A stretch of DNA of 64,000 nucleotides. It comes from Chrysomallon squamiferum. Its lineage: Eukaryota; Animalia; Mollusca. The stretch covers positions 26,598,001-26,662,000 of the forward strand of contig CM022672.1 of the NCBI GenBank assembly GCA_012295275.1, written 5' to 3'. The notes under the pieces were generated by a model. The model saw nothing but the letters and a program-made list of their open reading frames with translations. It searched no databases and was not told the DNA's origin. Position numbers and translations under genes: made by a program. Numbering within the stretch: the first letter of the stretch is position 1; every line of letters starts with the position of its first letter. Positions 25,701 through 37,578 of the stretch are shown here, one piece after another.

Positions 25701-28176
25701 CCAAATTTTTTCATTTTTGATTTTTAAAAATATTACATGGTATTATCTATTTATTTATCTATCTAGTTGGTCTGATTATCTGCCTACCTATTTTTTACTA
25801 TCTAATTATTTATCTGTTGATATTCTTGATAAATTGTGTTAACTGCAGATCATCTGATGCTGCTTTGATTTTATGATGCTCTATAACATGAAACTTAAGA
25901 AAGTTTTATAACTGATTTATTATCATTATTTTTGTTGTTATTGGTTTATTGATTTATTTATTTATTATTTTAGATCACTGTGTGCAATGGTTCAAGATTT
26001 TCGAGATTTGGCTGAGATCTGTTTGCTGTTACTACATCTAGAAATCAGAGTTCACTGTTTCTATTACCTGCTTCCAGTAGCCAAACAGGTAAAATAAAGA
26101 ACTTAGGCTTTCATCATGGCAAGTGAATGAATGAATAGTGGTTTAGTAGCAACTAAACACACACACATGCACACGCACACATGCACAGGCTCAGGCTCAG
26201 ACAAACCTTTTTATTTATTTATTTATTTAACATATTTTTAAATTATGTTTTCAGTCAAATTATGCTGGTCCTATAGATGACCTTGACCCTGACTCTAATG
26301 TGCTGAAGCTGAACAAAGATCTGTCTGGAATGGAAGAAGTTTTATCTCAAAGTCTTCAGCCCAAAAAATTCAGGTAAAACAAAGAAAGATGGAAAAGTTA
26401 GTAATTTACTTCTGAGTGTAAGTGAGCCAAGTTGTGAGAAAAGGAGATGGCTATTGATACATGCTGAGGTAGAAAGAGATAAATCAAAAATCAAAAGACA
26501 AAGAGATGAAAAAGAGTAATATCAAAGGAGGTTGATAAAAAGAGGAATGAAAGAAATAAAGAGGGAAAGAGGTAGACCTTAAGAACGTGTATGAGTTAGA
26601 ACTATGTAGGTATTTTTGGAAGTTTTATTATAAGAACAAATATGTAAAATATGTTGCTTGATGAAATGGAATTTTTTAATATGCATACATTCATTCAGTA
26701 AGGCTGTTACTGGAATATTAACATTTTATTGTTTATTTTTCAGATACATCTTTGAAAGTCTTGGATATCTTGTTTCATCCATAATCATCACCAGTATTCA
26801 GTTTCTGAAGAAGATCAATGAAAATGGAATAAAAAAGATGTATGTTTTGATTTAATTTAAATTCTCCACACTGCTGTAAGTCATTGTGACATAATTTGAC
26901 ATAATTTCATATAAAATATATAATGACATCCTCATGAAAAAGTAAACTGTTCCTGCATCCTTATATGTGTGGGGTTTTTTTTGTCATACTTTATTATGAG
27001 TTACAACTGGTCTGAAGAAACTAACAGAACAAAACCAGTAACATAGAAGTGTACAAAAAGTGTATTCTATATATAACAGTAACAGTTACTGTATTATTAA
27101 GTATCCCATTGTTTTTAAAACACAGATTAACTGCTGCTTACAATCTGTATTATTCTGCAGGTGTCGTAACATTCTAGCTATCCAGCAGAATCTCACAAAC
27201 ATCACACTGACACGAGAGGCAGATCTCGACAGAGCCAGACAGTTTTATGAACTTCTCTATCTAACTCCAGAGGTGAGATGTACTTTGATTCACTTCTTGA
27301 TTGCCAAGATGGCTATCATAATTTCAGAATAAAAATTTGACCTATGGCAGAAGTTAACAGACAGGTATCATGCTCAGCCAGTAAGATATATCAGAGATTA
27401 TGTTAACTCAGTTTATTGTTACTACTAAGTGGGAACTACAGGTTCAGGATGTCAAAGTCTTTCCCACAATAGCAAGTACTAAAGAAGTTAAGACAAAGAT
27501 GAACTCAGATTATTTAAATTTTAGATGTGAGTATTGTCACCATGAAATAACAAAACTCTTTATTTCAATAGAAATCAAAGTAGACATCCACCAAGTCATT
27601 CTTTCTGTCACACCATCTCTTTCACCTGATCTATCATTGTCATTAACAGATGACTATTCCTTCCATGTCTGTGTCCAAAGCAAATTTCTCCTAAAAGGTT
27701 ACACAGAATGCCTATTTATAGTGATCAAAACATATTATCATAATTAAAATAATCATCACAAAAGTCTCGAGTTTCATTAAAATTTATTATGGGAAAATGT
27801 TCTTGATCAATTCATTTTTCATAAAATAGGACTGTTTTCAGAACATTGAAGTTTTTATTACATTACCGAGGGTAAGACAAAAACTTGGACTTACTCTGTA
27901 TTTTGATTTTCTCTTCAGTAATTTACTGACATCATTAAATAGATAATTTAAAAAGTAATAAAAGTCATTATGTTTAAATGTTTTGTTGATTTATTTCAGG
28001 ATATTCTAAACACAATAGCAGAGAAAGGTGTTCAGTTTTCTTTTGTTGAGTACAGTCACTTGTTACAGCTGTATCATCGAAGTCACACAGGTTTCAGTGA
28101 AGAGGCTCAGAATTCTCATTTAGAAAGACTCAGAAAAATCCTGGATAAAGGACAGGATCAAAATACTGAATCTTAA
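9845..28176 (+). CDS. EXOC4: exocyst complex component 4 (Sec8), 28 coding exons, ~907 aa
   Basis: Phase-consistent GT-AG exons: 9845-9853, 10674-10714, 10996-11084, 11603-11665, 11887-12025, 12447-12535, 12807-12883, 13008-13104, 13552-13724, 14315-14385, 14808-14937, 17295-17366, 17905-18042, 18707-18787, 19293-19377, 19867-19930, 20311-20402, 22376-22449, 22806-22944, 23693-23774, 24367-24574, 25223-25282, 25656-25687, 25974-26088, 26255-26373, 26744-26839, 27161-27272, 28000-28176 (sum 2724 nt). Recognisable Sec8 motifs: [114 protein letters not shown]. The 9-nt first exon (MDK) and the donor at 25282 are the least certain boundaries. Confidence 0.96.
17441..17721 (+). repeat. diverged ~70-bp direct duplication within an EXOC4 intron
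   Basis: tgtgtctggtagggt...ttcatttatttttgtgaattcttggatgtgtt occurs at ~17441-17515 and ~17655-17721. Confidence 0.8.
23001..23470. repeat. degenerate ~22-25-bp minisatellite (core tagtcatcataacact) in an EXOC4 intron
   Basis: Repeated variants include agttatgataacactctaaact, agtcatcataacactcaaaagtt, agtcataacactg, agtcatcataacacactt, agtcattataacactt and agtcatcataactttc. Confidence 0.7.
23521..23620 (+). pseudogene. decayed tandem duplicate of the EXOC4 exon-20 acceptor and 5' part of the exon (pseudoexon)
   Basis: 23521-23620 aligns to 23635-23733. The exon-like part catggttcagttgagaaatgtgttatcagt matches catggttcagatgagaaacgagttatcagt. The acceptor AG is mutated (ttttacac versus ctttacag). 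Confidence 0.85.
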
Positions 28177-29134
28177 AGTTTGAAATCTTTATGGTTATGA
28201 ACAAATTGAGAATGCAGTATACTTGAGATTAGACTGTTAAACAAATCAGAAAGAACTTCTACGAAGAGCTGCATAAACTGTAAACTCAACAGAATGCCAC
28301 CAAACTGAAGGAGAGTTGTGGTTTCATAAGACAATACCTTGAGGATTAGAGCTGCTAGTGAAGTACTGAGTGGTGATAAAATTAATGTGGAGAGTGCACA
28401 GACAATCTGATTGATTTTGACAGCTGATTACTTTTCTTGCTGCTACAAAACAATTTTCAAGACAACACTGTGACAGTGGACTTTGAACTACATGAAACGT
28501 AAATGGTTATCCAGCTTAGTGATTGATCAGTGACTAGAAAGGATGTTAGTGATTTATAAAGTGGCAAATTGTCTTTCCTTGACTGGCTGCCATTACTCTT
28601 TTTACTGAAATAAAAATATTTTTCAGTATCTAGTCAAAAACAGAACAATTAAAAAATAACTAAAACATTTTGTGTCCTCCAACATCATTGTTATATTTGA
28701 GGAAACATACCTGTCTTTTCTAATAATAAAGTATAATAAAGTGATATATAGGTAATGGCTGTAGCAGAATTATGAAATCTACCATTTTACCAACTTTATC
28801 TGAAACTTTGTCACCACATCTTTATAAAAGAGTGATGAAACTGACGTTGACTGAATAGCAATTTCACTACTTTATTTTATTTATTGTTGCTTACTTAAGA
28901 TTATCATTAGCAAAGAGTGGTATTCAAAATAAATTTGTTTAATTGCTTGTTGATGTGTACATTTAGGCTGTTTGATCACACATCAGTTAAATAACTAATA
29001 TAATAAACTAAATTTATATTCACATTAAATTATTAAAACTGACATAAAATAACAGTTATTTTCTGTTAATTTTATATTATTCGTGTTATTTCATTATTAT
29101 TTTTAATTTTAAAATTTTTTTAAAAATTTTAATA

Positions 29135-29185
<51 letters not shown>

Positions 29186-29361
29186 TATTACAATGGTATT
29201 TTTTGTTTATTTTGTTTTGGTTGGGGAAAAAAGTAAAATCTGATTGTAAGTACAAAAGATATACGTAGAAATGCTAGTTTTAATCAGAGCAAAAAGTGAT
29301 AATATTAACACTGTACTGACAGAATGGCTAAAACAATGTTGTGAAATTAAAGTAATCATGT

Positions 29362-29364
<3 letters not shown>

Positions 29365-29432
<68 letters not shown>
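29365..29432. repeat. (AG)n microsatellite
   Basis: Direct reading; source of the RERE/SLSL ORFs. Confidence 0.95.
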
Positions 29433-29439
<7 letters not shown>

Positions 29440-30198
29440 TCATATCTTTATTAAGTTTGTATAGAGGAGTCTTGTGGTCTTTTCTTTCGGTAATGAAAGT
29501 ACTTTTTTTTTCTATACAAAAAGCGACAATCAAAATGTCATAGTAATAAAATATAAATGATTTAATAATCCAGAGACCTAATAATACATATCCCACGAAA
29601 TCGAGAAAAAAAAAGTCACTGACTGGAACGGGAAATAGGCCAACAACAAATAACATTCATTCATATCCCAAACATCTTTATCCTTTTATTCAGAAGCCAA
29701 ACGAAGATGTTATTTATAAAGTTAAAGTGCTTTACATCCGTGATGGAATTAACAAACGGCTTACGTTTTAAAAAACGTAAAACCACACAAGTTAAATATT
29801 ATTTCTAAAAATATTCCCTTGAAGTAAATCTTAGCCTTTTGAACATTCTATTGAATTTCAGAAATATGAACAATATCACAAATCACTAAACGCTAAGGTA
29901 TCCGGCCGTCACAAGCGTTTTGTTACCAGGAAATGTAGAAAAAGAAGATTTAAAACACGTGTAGCAGCACTTTAAAAATAAATTAAAAATAAACATAATA
30001 AATAAATTTAAAAAAAGTGATACGGATATCTCCTTATCCATGCAATTTATTGTTGATTTGTTTTTACTTTAATAACAAATAAATAAATAATAAAAAGTGA
30101 GAGATTTATTGGTGACGCTAATGGTTTTAAGATCAATTCTATATAGTATTATAACATTCTGAGGATATTTTTATACTTAAAATCGTGACCATGAGCAC

Positions 30199-30803
30199 GG
30201 TAGCTTGAAAAAAGTCACAGGAAAAAACGTCACAATTTTTATATAACAAAATGTATGGGCTTGTAGAATACTGAATGTGGCATCACAGTATGCATGGGGT
30301 AATTGTTAAGCTTATTGATTCGGTCAATTAGGCTAGATTAAAGAAAGAGTCTTCATACTGTGCAGGGGTGATGCTTGGGTCTAGCTTACTGACTAGGATA
30401 GATTTAAACTAAGGGCTTCCTTAAGCAAATGATTTATAAAATGTCCCAGGTTAAAATATGTTTCACTATATATTCTAAAGCTTGCTCTAGTATCAGAATT
30501 ATGTTTAATATTTAAGTTATTCATAGCAATAAGGGTGGTAATAAAATCTGTTATGATATACATGAACTGCCAAACATGCAATTCGTGCGTCGATCGCCTT
30601 GAGGACCCAAGACTGTAAGCAGAATTTCTTCATGTTATTGGATGGAACATCCGCCTAAACCACCAACATTAATAATATAAAAAAAAAATCTGACAAAATG
30701 TGTTTAATCTTTCTTTCATTCCTAATATATCTCTTAATTAAATATTGTGACTTTTATCCTGGGGTTTTTTTTTCCCTGCCACTTTTTCCCCCCCCTAGAT
30801 TCC
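30199..30803 (+). mobile_element. internally deleted Mutator-like (MULE) element with a transposase C-terminal relic
   Basis: Degenerate TIRs with repeated GAAAAAAGTCAC(AG) units on the left (30199-30236) and GTGACTTTT...CCTG...TTTTTCC on the right (30745-30803). Flanked by a 9-bp near-identical TSD, CATGAGCAC (30190-30198) and CACGCGCAC (30804-30812). Internal 30586-30660 reads, with compensating frameshifts, CVDRLEGPKTVAEFLHVIGWNIRL, which resembles invertebrate MULE transposase C-termini as I recall them. Confidence 0.6.
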
Positions 30804-31533
30804 CACGCGCACACATCGTGACTATTTCTAATGGTTGTTCGACCGACAGATACGTTGTCACGTACTAATTAGTTCTGTAAAACCTCTTACTACTCATGTT
30901 CAGTAACTATGCACGTACTTCAGCTTTGAAACCATTTTCAGCTGTTTAATAATGCAATAACGAAGATTGTATTTTTGACTGGTGTAACTGTCGAAGGAGG
31001 GCGCCACCAATACAACCAGATTTATTATCATTGTTAGCTCCTCGATTCCTCAGCGGTATCTTGGTGGTGCAGTCTGTTAAATAATATGCACGCAGTGATC
31101 GACAAAACGACCCAGCCAAACAGCACAATGTTATCTCACTTTTACTGTATGCACGTATATGTAATAGTATTTAGATGTGTAACACACACAGAGAAAATGT
31201 GGAAAGGTTAATCCGATACTGTAATATCACGCGCTATTACCGTGAGAAAGACAGCGTTAAGAATGATCTAAATCATGTCTTTTGTTTTACCGTAATATTT
31301 TTCGAAACCTGATTATGTTTTTCTTTGACACTAACAAAACATTGTTTGCGTTTTAAATTCTCAATTTCAGGATGTTAACGGAAATTGTCTGACTCGAATT
31401 ATTAGCCTTGAACTTTTTAAACTCCTTACTCATGAAAAATGGGGATAATGTTTGCGTGCACGAGTTCTTTTCTCAGAAAAGAATCAACTGTTTTCAAGTT
31501 CTGGTTAAATATGCAGTTAGAATATGTCTATAC

Positions 31534-31606
<73 letters not shown>

Positions 31607-32246
31607 ATTTGGTTTTTCCTCAAGTGATAATTTTCTTCAGAAATACCTCCTAACTTCCAAAAGAACTAATCTGTATTCATTTATTTCTAAACTATGATAA
31701 ACATCTTTAATTTATCCGCAGTTGATTTTATTTATTAAAATAACAAAATTAAAAAATTAAAATACTGAATGATTTAATCGTCAAACAAAACAGACTATTT
31801 GTAGTTAGTGATTATTTATTTATTTGTTTGTTTGTTTGTTTGTTTGTTTGTTTTATTTTCCAGAGGTTAGAAGCTGTTTAATAATAATTATATATATACT
31901 TTCCAAACACATTTCACAGCCGTTAAAAAAAAAAAAAAAATAAAAATAATAATAATAAACGACCCTGCCTTTTGAGAAATAGTGCAAGGATTACCCGTTA
32001 AGGTTAGGTTCTGTTCTCTAAATCACTGAAGTGGAATGAGATTACCACCCTAGCTGAGATAATGACATCGTCTTGTAGAGATCTATGTGCCTTACCTAAT
32101 GGCTGTTTATTAAATAATGCTTTCTGTGAGTTGTTTGCTTAATTTCCTTTCATCTGTAATGACTGCACATAATTGGTGGTCTGCTAAATCAATTACAAAA
32201 CTAAGTTTATTTTCACTCGATTCCTTACTTCAAGTACATGATTTTT

Positions 32247-32345
32247 CTAACATGAATACAATAGTTTGTTTGTTGCCGATAGCTGCAGGATTATTACTGA
32301 ATTAATAATTTATTTATCAATGAAGCATGTTGTTATTATTATTAT

Positions 32346-32418
<73 letters not shown>
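32247..32418 (+). repeat. repeat copy A (unique body plus (CT)n tail), inverted relative to 34596-34780
   Basis: ctaacatgaatacaatagtttgtttgttgccgatagctgcaggattatt...actgaattaataatttatttatc...(CT)n matches the reverse complement of 34596-34780, with one ~21-nt indel. Confidence 0.85.
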
Positions 32419-32421
<3 letters not shown>

Positions 32422-34083
32422 CACATAATATACATTTCTTCTCTCTTTAAAAAAAAAGAAGTAATTTATTTAGAAAATGACTAATATCTGATAATTGGTG
32501 TAAGTATGTTTAAGAGTTCTGTGAGCCGTCGGTACTTGACAATTGCAATCAGTAGAAGGGTGAACGAACTTTAAACTCATCAAATAAAGCGAAAACAGCA
32601 AGTACTTCCTTCTCTTTCTTTCGAAACTGGCATTGGGTAAAGGTTACGAGGTCTTGGGTACAAAAACAGCATAGGTGGAAACAAAAGTAATAAAGAGAAG
32701 AAAAGAAAGAAAGAAAGAAAGATGGAAAAAAACCCAGTAAAAGTTTGCGAACAAATATCAGTACAGTTTCTTAACCATTAAGAAGTAACAAAGAGAAATG
32801 GCTGATTGTTAACTCAAAAACATATCACGATTATGCCCCTTTGATGACGCAGACCCAAACACGTGCATTCTATTTGCCTTTTTGAAAATGACTTGTTTAT
32901 GCTCGTGCTGATTTTTTTTTTTTTTTTTTTTTTTTGTTGTTGCAAAATTAATTTAGACTGAATTAAATAAATAAAAAAGGGAAATTAACAAACATTTATC
33001 AGCGAGTTATTTTTTTTATTTTTTTTTTTTTGCCATATGGCATTTCTGACGTCATAGCTGTCATTTTCAATAAAAGCCTGTAAAAATGTCAACCTTTATC
33101 TTCTCTGAGATTACGTCGCAGTACGAAACTGGAGCACATGACCTTTCAAAAATAATAATAATAAATACATAAATAATTATACACAAAAACAAGATATCAA
33201 GATATAAATACTGAACCAAGTTTTATGCTTCAACAAGTACAATGTTTTATCGCCTAAGATTTCTAGCAACCAGTTGTAATCCTTTGCAACATTTACTGCA
33301 CAACCGGCTGAGGCAAAACAATATGTCAGGGGCGGATTATGGGGTGTTTCCAAATTGCACAGATCCGTCCAGCTAAAATAATAATAATAATAATAATAAT
33401 AAAAATAATAAAAAATAATAAATAAATTTGATGCCTAGACGTGTATACCCACTACGAATGATTTTCGAGCTAAACTGGATGTCAGCTTGAAAGTTTGGAT
33501 TGCTGATGCGACGGGAAGCAACGGCGGAAAGAGAGCTACAACAAGTTGTACAGCTACCAGGCTTCGTGAACACCGGCTTTAGAAGTGTGTACATTTGTAT
33601 CTTTTAAATATAGTTTTTGTCTACACTTTTCATTGTTTATTTTATAGTTTAGATATAGATTATGCCTCGATCTAGAAATCCGGAATGTTCGGAAATTAGG
33701 GTCACCTTCGGATCCATGTTTGCCGGATAAATAATTTAGTATACCTGTACCGTGAGTTTATGCTGTATTCTTGCCCTATTCCGAACTGAACCCATCACCT
33801 TTACTTAAACTGCTATTGTTTTACTACTTTATTATCTTCACTTCTGTAGCTGTTTCCACTTCCTAAACTACTATTTCTATCATTAATCATGCTGGGTCGG
33901 ATTATGCTTTAAGTTATGCGAGGGTCCCGAAGCAATGTATGCGAAATTGTTGTTTATGGAAGCAAAATTAATTACAGCAGCCCGATATTTCAACCAGTAG
34001 CTTTAGTATCAGCAGAAGTTAAAGCACGAGTGATCGGACAAGAAGTAATCCCGTTAAGAAAAATAATTTTGTTTCTTTGTTTC

Positions 34084-34119
<36 letters not shown>

Positions 34120-34254
34120 AAAATGCGTAAGCGTTTATGATCGGTGCTAAAAGAAAATAGTCTTAATTCGGCACATTTTAATGTTTTAAATGTCAGAAGT
34201 AGACAAACATCACTAAGCAATTCTGGTCAAGAATTAAAAAAAAAAGAATGAGAG

Positions 34255-34296
<42 letters not shown>

Positions 34297-34590
34297 TTAT
34301 CCAGAGTTGCAACACATCTGTATTAGACCCAAACCCCACTAAAGCAGACGTTATTTGTACGTGTTTTAGGATACAAATTCTGTAACGGAGAAAGATTAAC
34401 ACTAATGTCATAGACCCAGGTCTTTGTCGTCTGCTAAAACCACGTAAGACGTTCACGAATCAACAAGAGGGAGGAAGACCACCCAAACTGTCCTCTGAGA
34501 GGGACTGACGTACACATGTCAAAATGACTTGTACAAGGATTCGCCGGTGTAAGCGAAAACGTTCTAACAAATCGAGACTCGATTACAACA

Positions 34591-34595
<5 letters not shown>

Positions 34596-34668
<73 letters not shown>

Positions 34669-34780
34669 AAAATAATGCGTTTCGAAGATAAATAAATAAT
34701 TAATTCAGTTTTATTTTGGGCATATGTTGGGAATAATCCTGTAGCGATCTGCAACAAATACACTATTGTACTCATGTCAG
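34596..34780 (-). repeat. repeat copy B (inverted partner of 32247-32418)
   Basis: The reverse complement reads ctgacatgagtacaatagtgtatttgttgcagatcgctacaggattatt...actgaattaattatttatttatc...(CT)n. Confidence 0.85.
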
Positions 34781-35686
34781 TATTTGTAAAGAAAATTAAT
34801 CTCTGCACATTTACAGTATTTCTAATGCATCATTTCCTCTGTTTCAGTTAAAAACAATCCTGATTACAAACTGGCGTGACTGCATTTTAGTAGTCAACTG
34901 ATTGCCATGATAAATATTACGCATTTGAAAAAATATAATTTGATTCAGTATCCAAATCTTCTTTTTATTGATAATTATTTAATTTTATATGTTATTTCAC
35001 CTGTTTTTAAAATTCTTTTCTTTTTTTCTTTTGTGTGTGGGGGGGGGAAGAAATATGGAATCATTTCGAAAAGTCGCAGATATCTGACCCATTTCCTCTC
35101 ATCAAACAAAATCGTATTCAAACAAAATCGTCATCTATAATTTACACAATCGTATTGCATGAGCGAATTAAACAAACATATATATAAATGTATTAACAAA
35201 CGAGACAGACAGGCTCAGAGAGGTTCTTTCTATCTAACATTTTTTTTCTTCTTCTCCTTTTAACTCTTGAACAAAAATGCAGACTGCACATCTGCACAAT
35301 GTGCACTGGCGGGGAATTTCTGAAGGTGTCGAAATCTGCAGAGTGTTGTTGAGTCTCTCACGTGAAATAACACATTGAACACTTGTTTTCAGTTAAACAA
35401 ACTGCGATGGGTGGTAACGTCTTGAAACAACCACTACGGCTACAACATGCACAGCTTAACAAGACAACCTGTTTGATTTTGTTTTTCTTTTGGCTTAAAT
35501 CGGAGAAGAAAAATTGCCAATGACTGAAACTTAAGATGCAATGGCGACTTCAGTCATACACAGACACACACACACACACTTACGCATGACCTACGCACGG
35601 ACGTATAAAAATATAATCAAAATGTTTTGAGCGAGTCTTTAAATAAAACACTTTGTCACCTTCGGTATTATTATTATTATTATTAA

Positions 35687-35726
<40 letters not shown>

Positions 35727-36120
35727 TCTTTTCCATTTTTTTTTTTTTTTTTTTTTTAAAGAGAGAGTGAGAGAGAGAGTGTGTGTGTTCTCACAAAATC
35801 AATAGACCAATTGAAATACCAACATAACATCTAAAATATAACGTAGACCATCAAAATGATTAATAACGTCTAGTCAATGTAGGTATGAATATATGTGTGT
35901 ATGTATTACTGTACCTTATTTATACAGCACCTTTTCAGTATTAAATAAATTTATGGTTGCTTTAAAATGTAAACTAATAAACTAAAATAAAAAACGACAT
36001 GGACATAAACATATTAAAATCGTGGTAAAAAATAAATGAGACACATTTATAAGATAATTAATAGACTAGTTTGGAGATTTGAAAATTAGAAAAACATAAC
36101 TATATATTTACAAAAAAAAA

Positions 36121-36896
36121 CACAACCACAAACACGACAACAACAGGAAGAAGAAAGAAGAATGATATAACGACGATGGTCAAAACGAGATAAACGTACT
36201 TGACTCATCTGATTGGCTGTTAGCCAGTATGAACCAAAAACCTATCAGTATAATATCTATACATTTAACAGCTACGCCACTGATCTCTGAACCTTTAATC
36301 ACCTCAAAATCTGACGTCTGAATCCTTAACCAGTCCACGGCTGAACCCTTATCTAATGCACAACCCTAGTTAGTGCAATGGAAATACAGTAATAGAAAAA
36401 GAAGAAGAAGAAAACAAGCCGGTACTGCTGACTGTTTTTTTTTTCGCAGTTCACCGCTTGTATTATAATTAAACTAACCTCTGTTTATTGATATAGGTGG
36501 TTTGCGGTTCCAGCTAAAAAACGTAAAGGGCAAGCTGACCCCAAAACTTCCGAGATGCAGATGTTATTGTATGAAGACGGAAACCACCGTGGCTGTATTT
36601 TACATGGGATCAAGACAAATGAAATAAGATAGTACAAACAGGTGATGAGCAGACGACAAAACTAGAAGAAACACATTATACAAATGGCGGCCAACTGCTT
36701 TTAGTATATTTTCATTTCGTTTTGTTACTGTTATACTGGATGACATCAAAGCACCTAGAACAGTTATGAAATGAACTGGCTAACATCCCATACGATCAAT
36801 TCAGTACGTTTATCTTGTTTTGATAATCGTCTTTATCTTCTTCTTCTTCTTCTTTCCTTTTCTTCCTCTTTTTGCGATGTTGGTTGTTGTGTTTGT
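36121..36896. repeat. diverged ~110-120-bp inverted repeat pair around a ~540-bp spacer
   Basis: 36121-36230 (gacgatggtcaaaacgagataaacgtacttgactcatctgattggctgttagccagt) matches the reverse complement of 36773-36896 (gacgattatcaaaacaagataaacgtactgaattgatcgtatgggatgttagccagt), including the adjacent GAA-rich tract. Confidence 0.8.
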
Positions 36897-37534
36897 ATAA
36901 CAGTTGGCGATTGTGTTGGGTTTTTTTTGCTGGATGTGATTATGACAGTTTTAATGTTGAAGTTGTTGTGGTTGTGATTGTGTAAGTGTTGGTATTGTCG
37001 TGGTGTTTGTTGTTCTTCTTTTTGTCAATATCATTTTCTTCTTCTTCTAATTATTATTGTTGTTTATTATTATTATTGTTGTATCTGGTATATTGTTTTT
37101 GTTATTATCATCATTATCATTCAGTTCTTTATCCTTTTTCTACCAGAAGATTTTATCAGTAGTTAAAAGTAAGTCTGAATGACAACACTGGGTTTTCTTT
37201 GTCAGTGAAATATTAAAATTATACAGAATCCAAATGCTTGACATATAAACAATGGGTCCGACAGAAATGTACTAAAATTTCACAAAATAAATATTAAATC
37301 ATTAATTCTTATCCTTCTTCATTTTAATACTGGCTATGTCTTGATGTTATTTTTGTACACCTTTTCCTTTCAGCTAAGATCTTGCTTTGTTTTGTATTAT
37401 TTTTAATTATTAAGAACCTACCTTAGCTCATAATTCTTTCATAATTAATTAAAATTAAAATAGTCAATGTTTTGTTTGTTTGTTTGTTTGTTTCCTAGTA
37501 CGTTTTTGACTTCAGTTACTTTTATTTATTTTTG

Positions 37535-37578
37535 TCTAGTTTTCTCAATATTGGTAAAACAATATTGAGAAAACTAGA
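37535..37578. repeat. perfect 19-bp inverted repeat with a 6-nt loop (hairpin/cruciform)
   Basis: TCTAGTTTTCTCAATATTG-gtaaaa-CAATATTGAGAAAACTAGA. Confidence 0.9.

Noticed and set aside
27400-27747. 115-aa ORF in the last EXOC4 intron
   Set aside because: No recognisable domain, and the flanking EXOC4 exons join in frame without it.
29207-29656. 149-aa minus-strand ORF and overlapping RERE ORF
   Set aside because: Held open by the (AG)n tract; no domain or splice support.
33328-33372. GGGGCGGAT...ATCCGTCC mini inverted repeat, with a similar end at ~6375-6395
   Set aside because: Probably MITE remnants, but too short and degenerate to define boundaries or a TSD.
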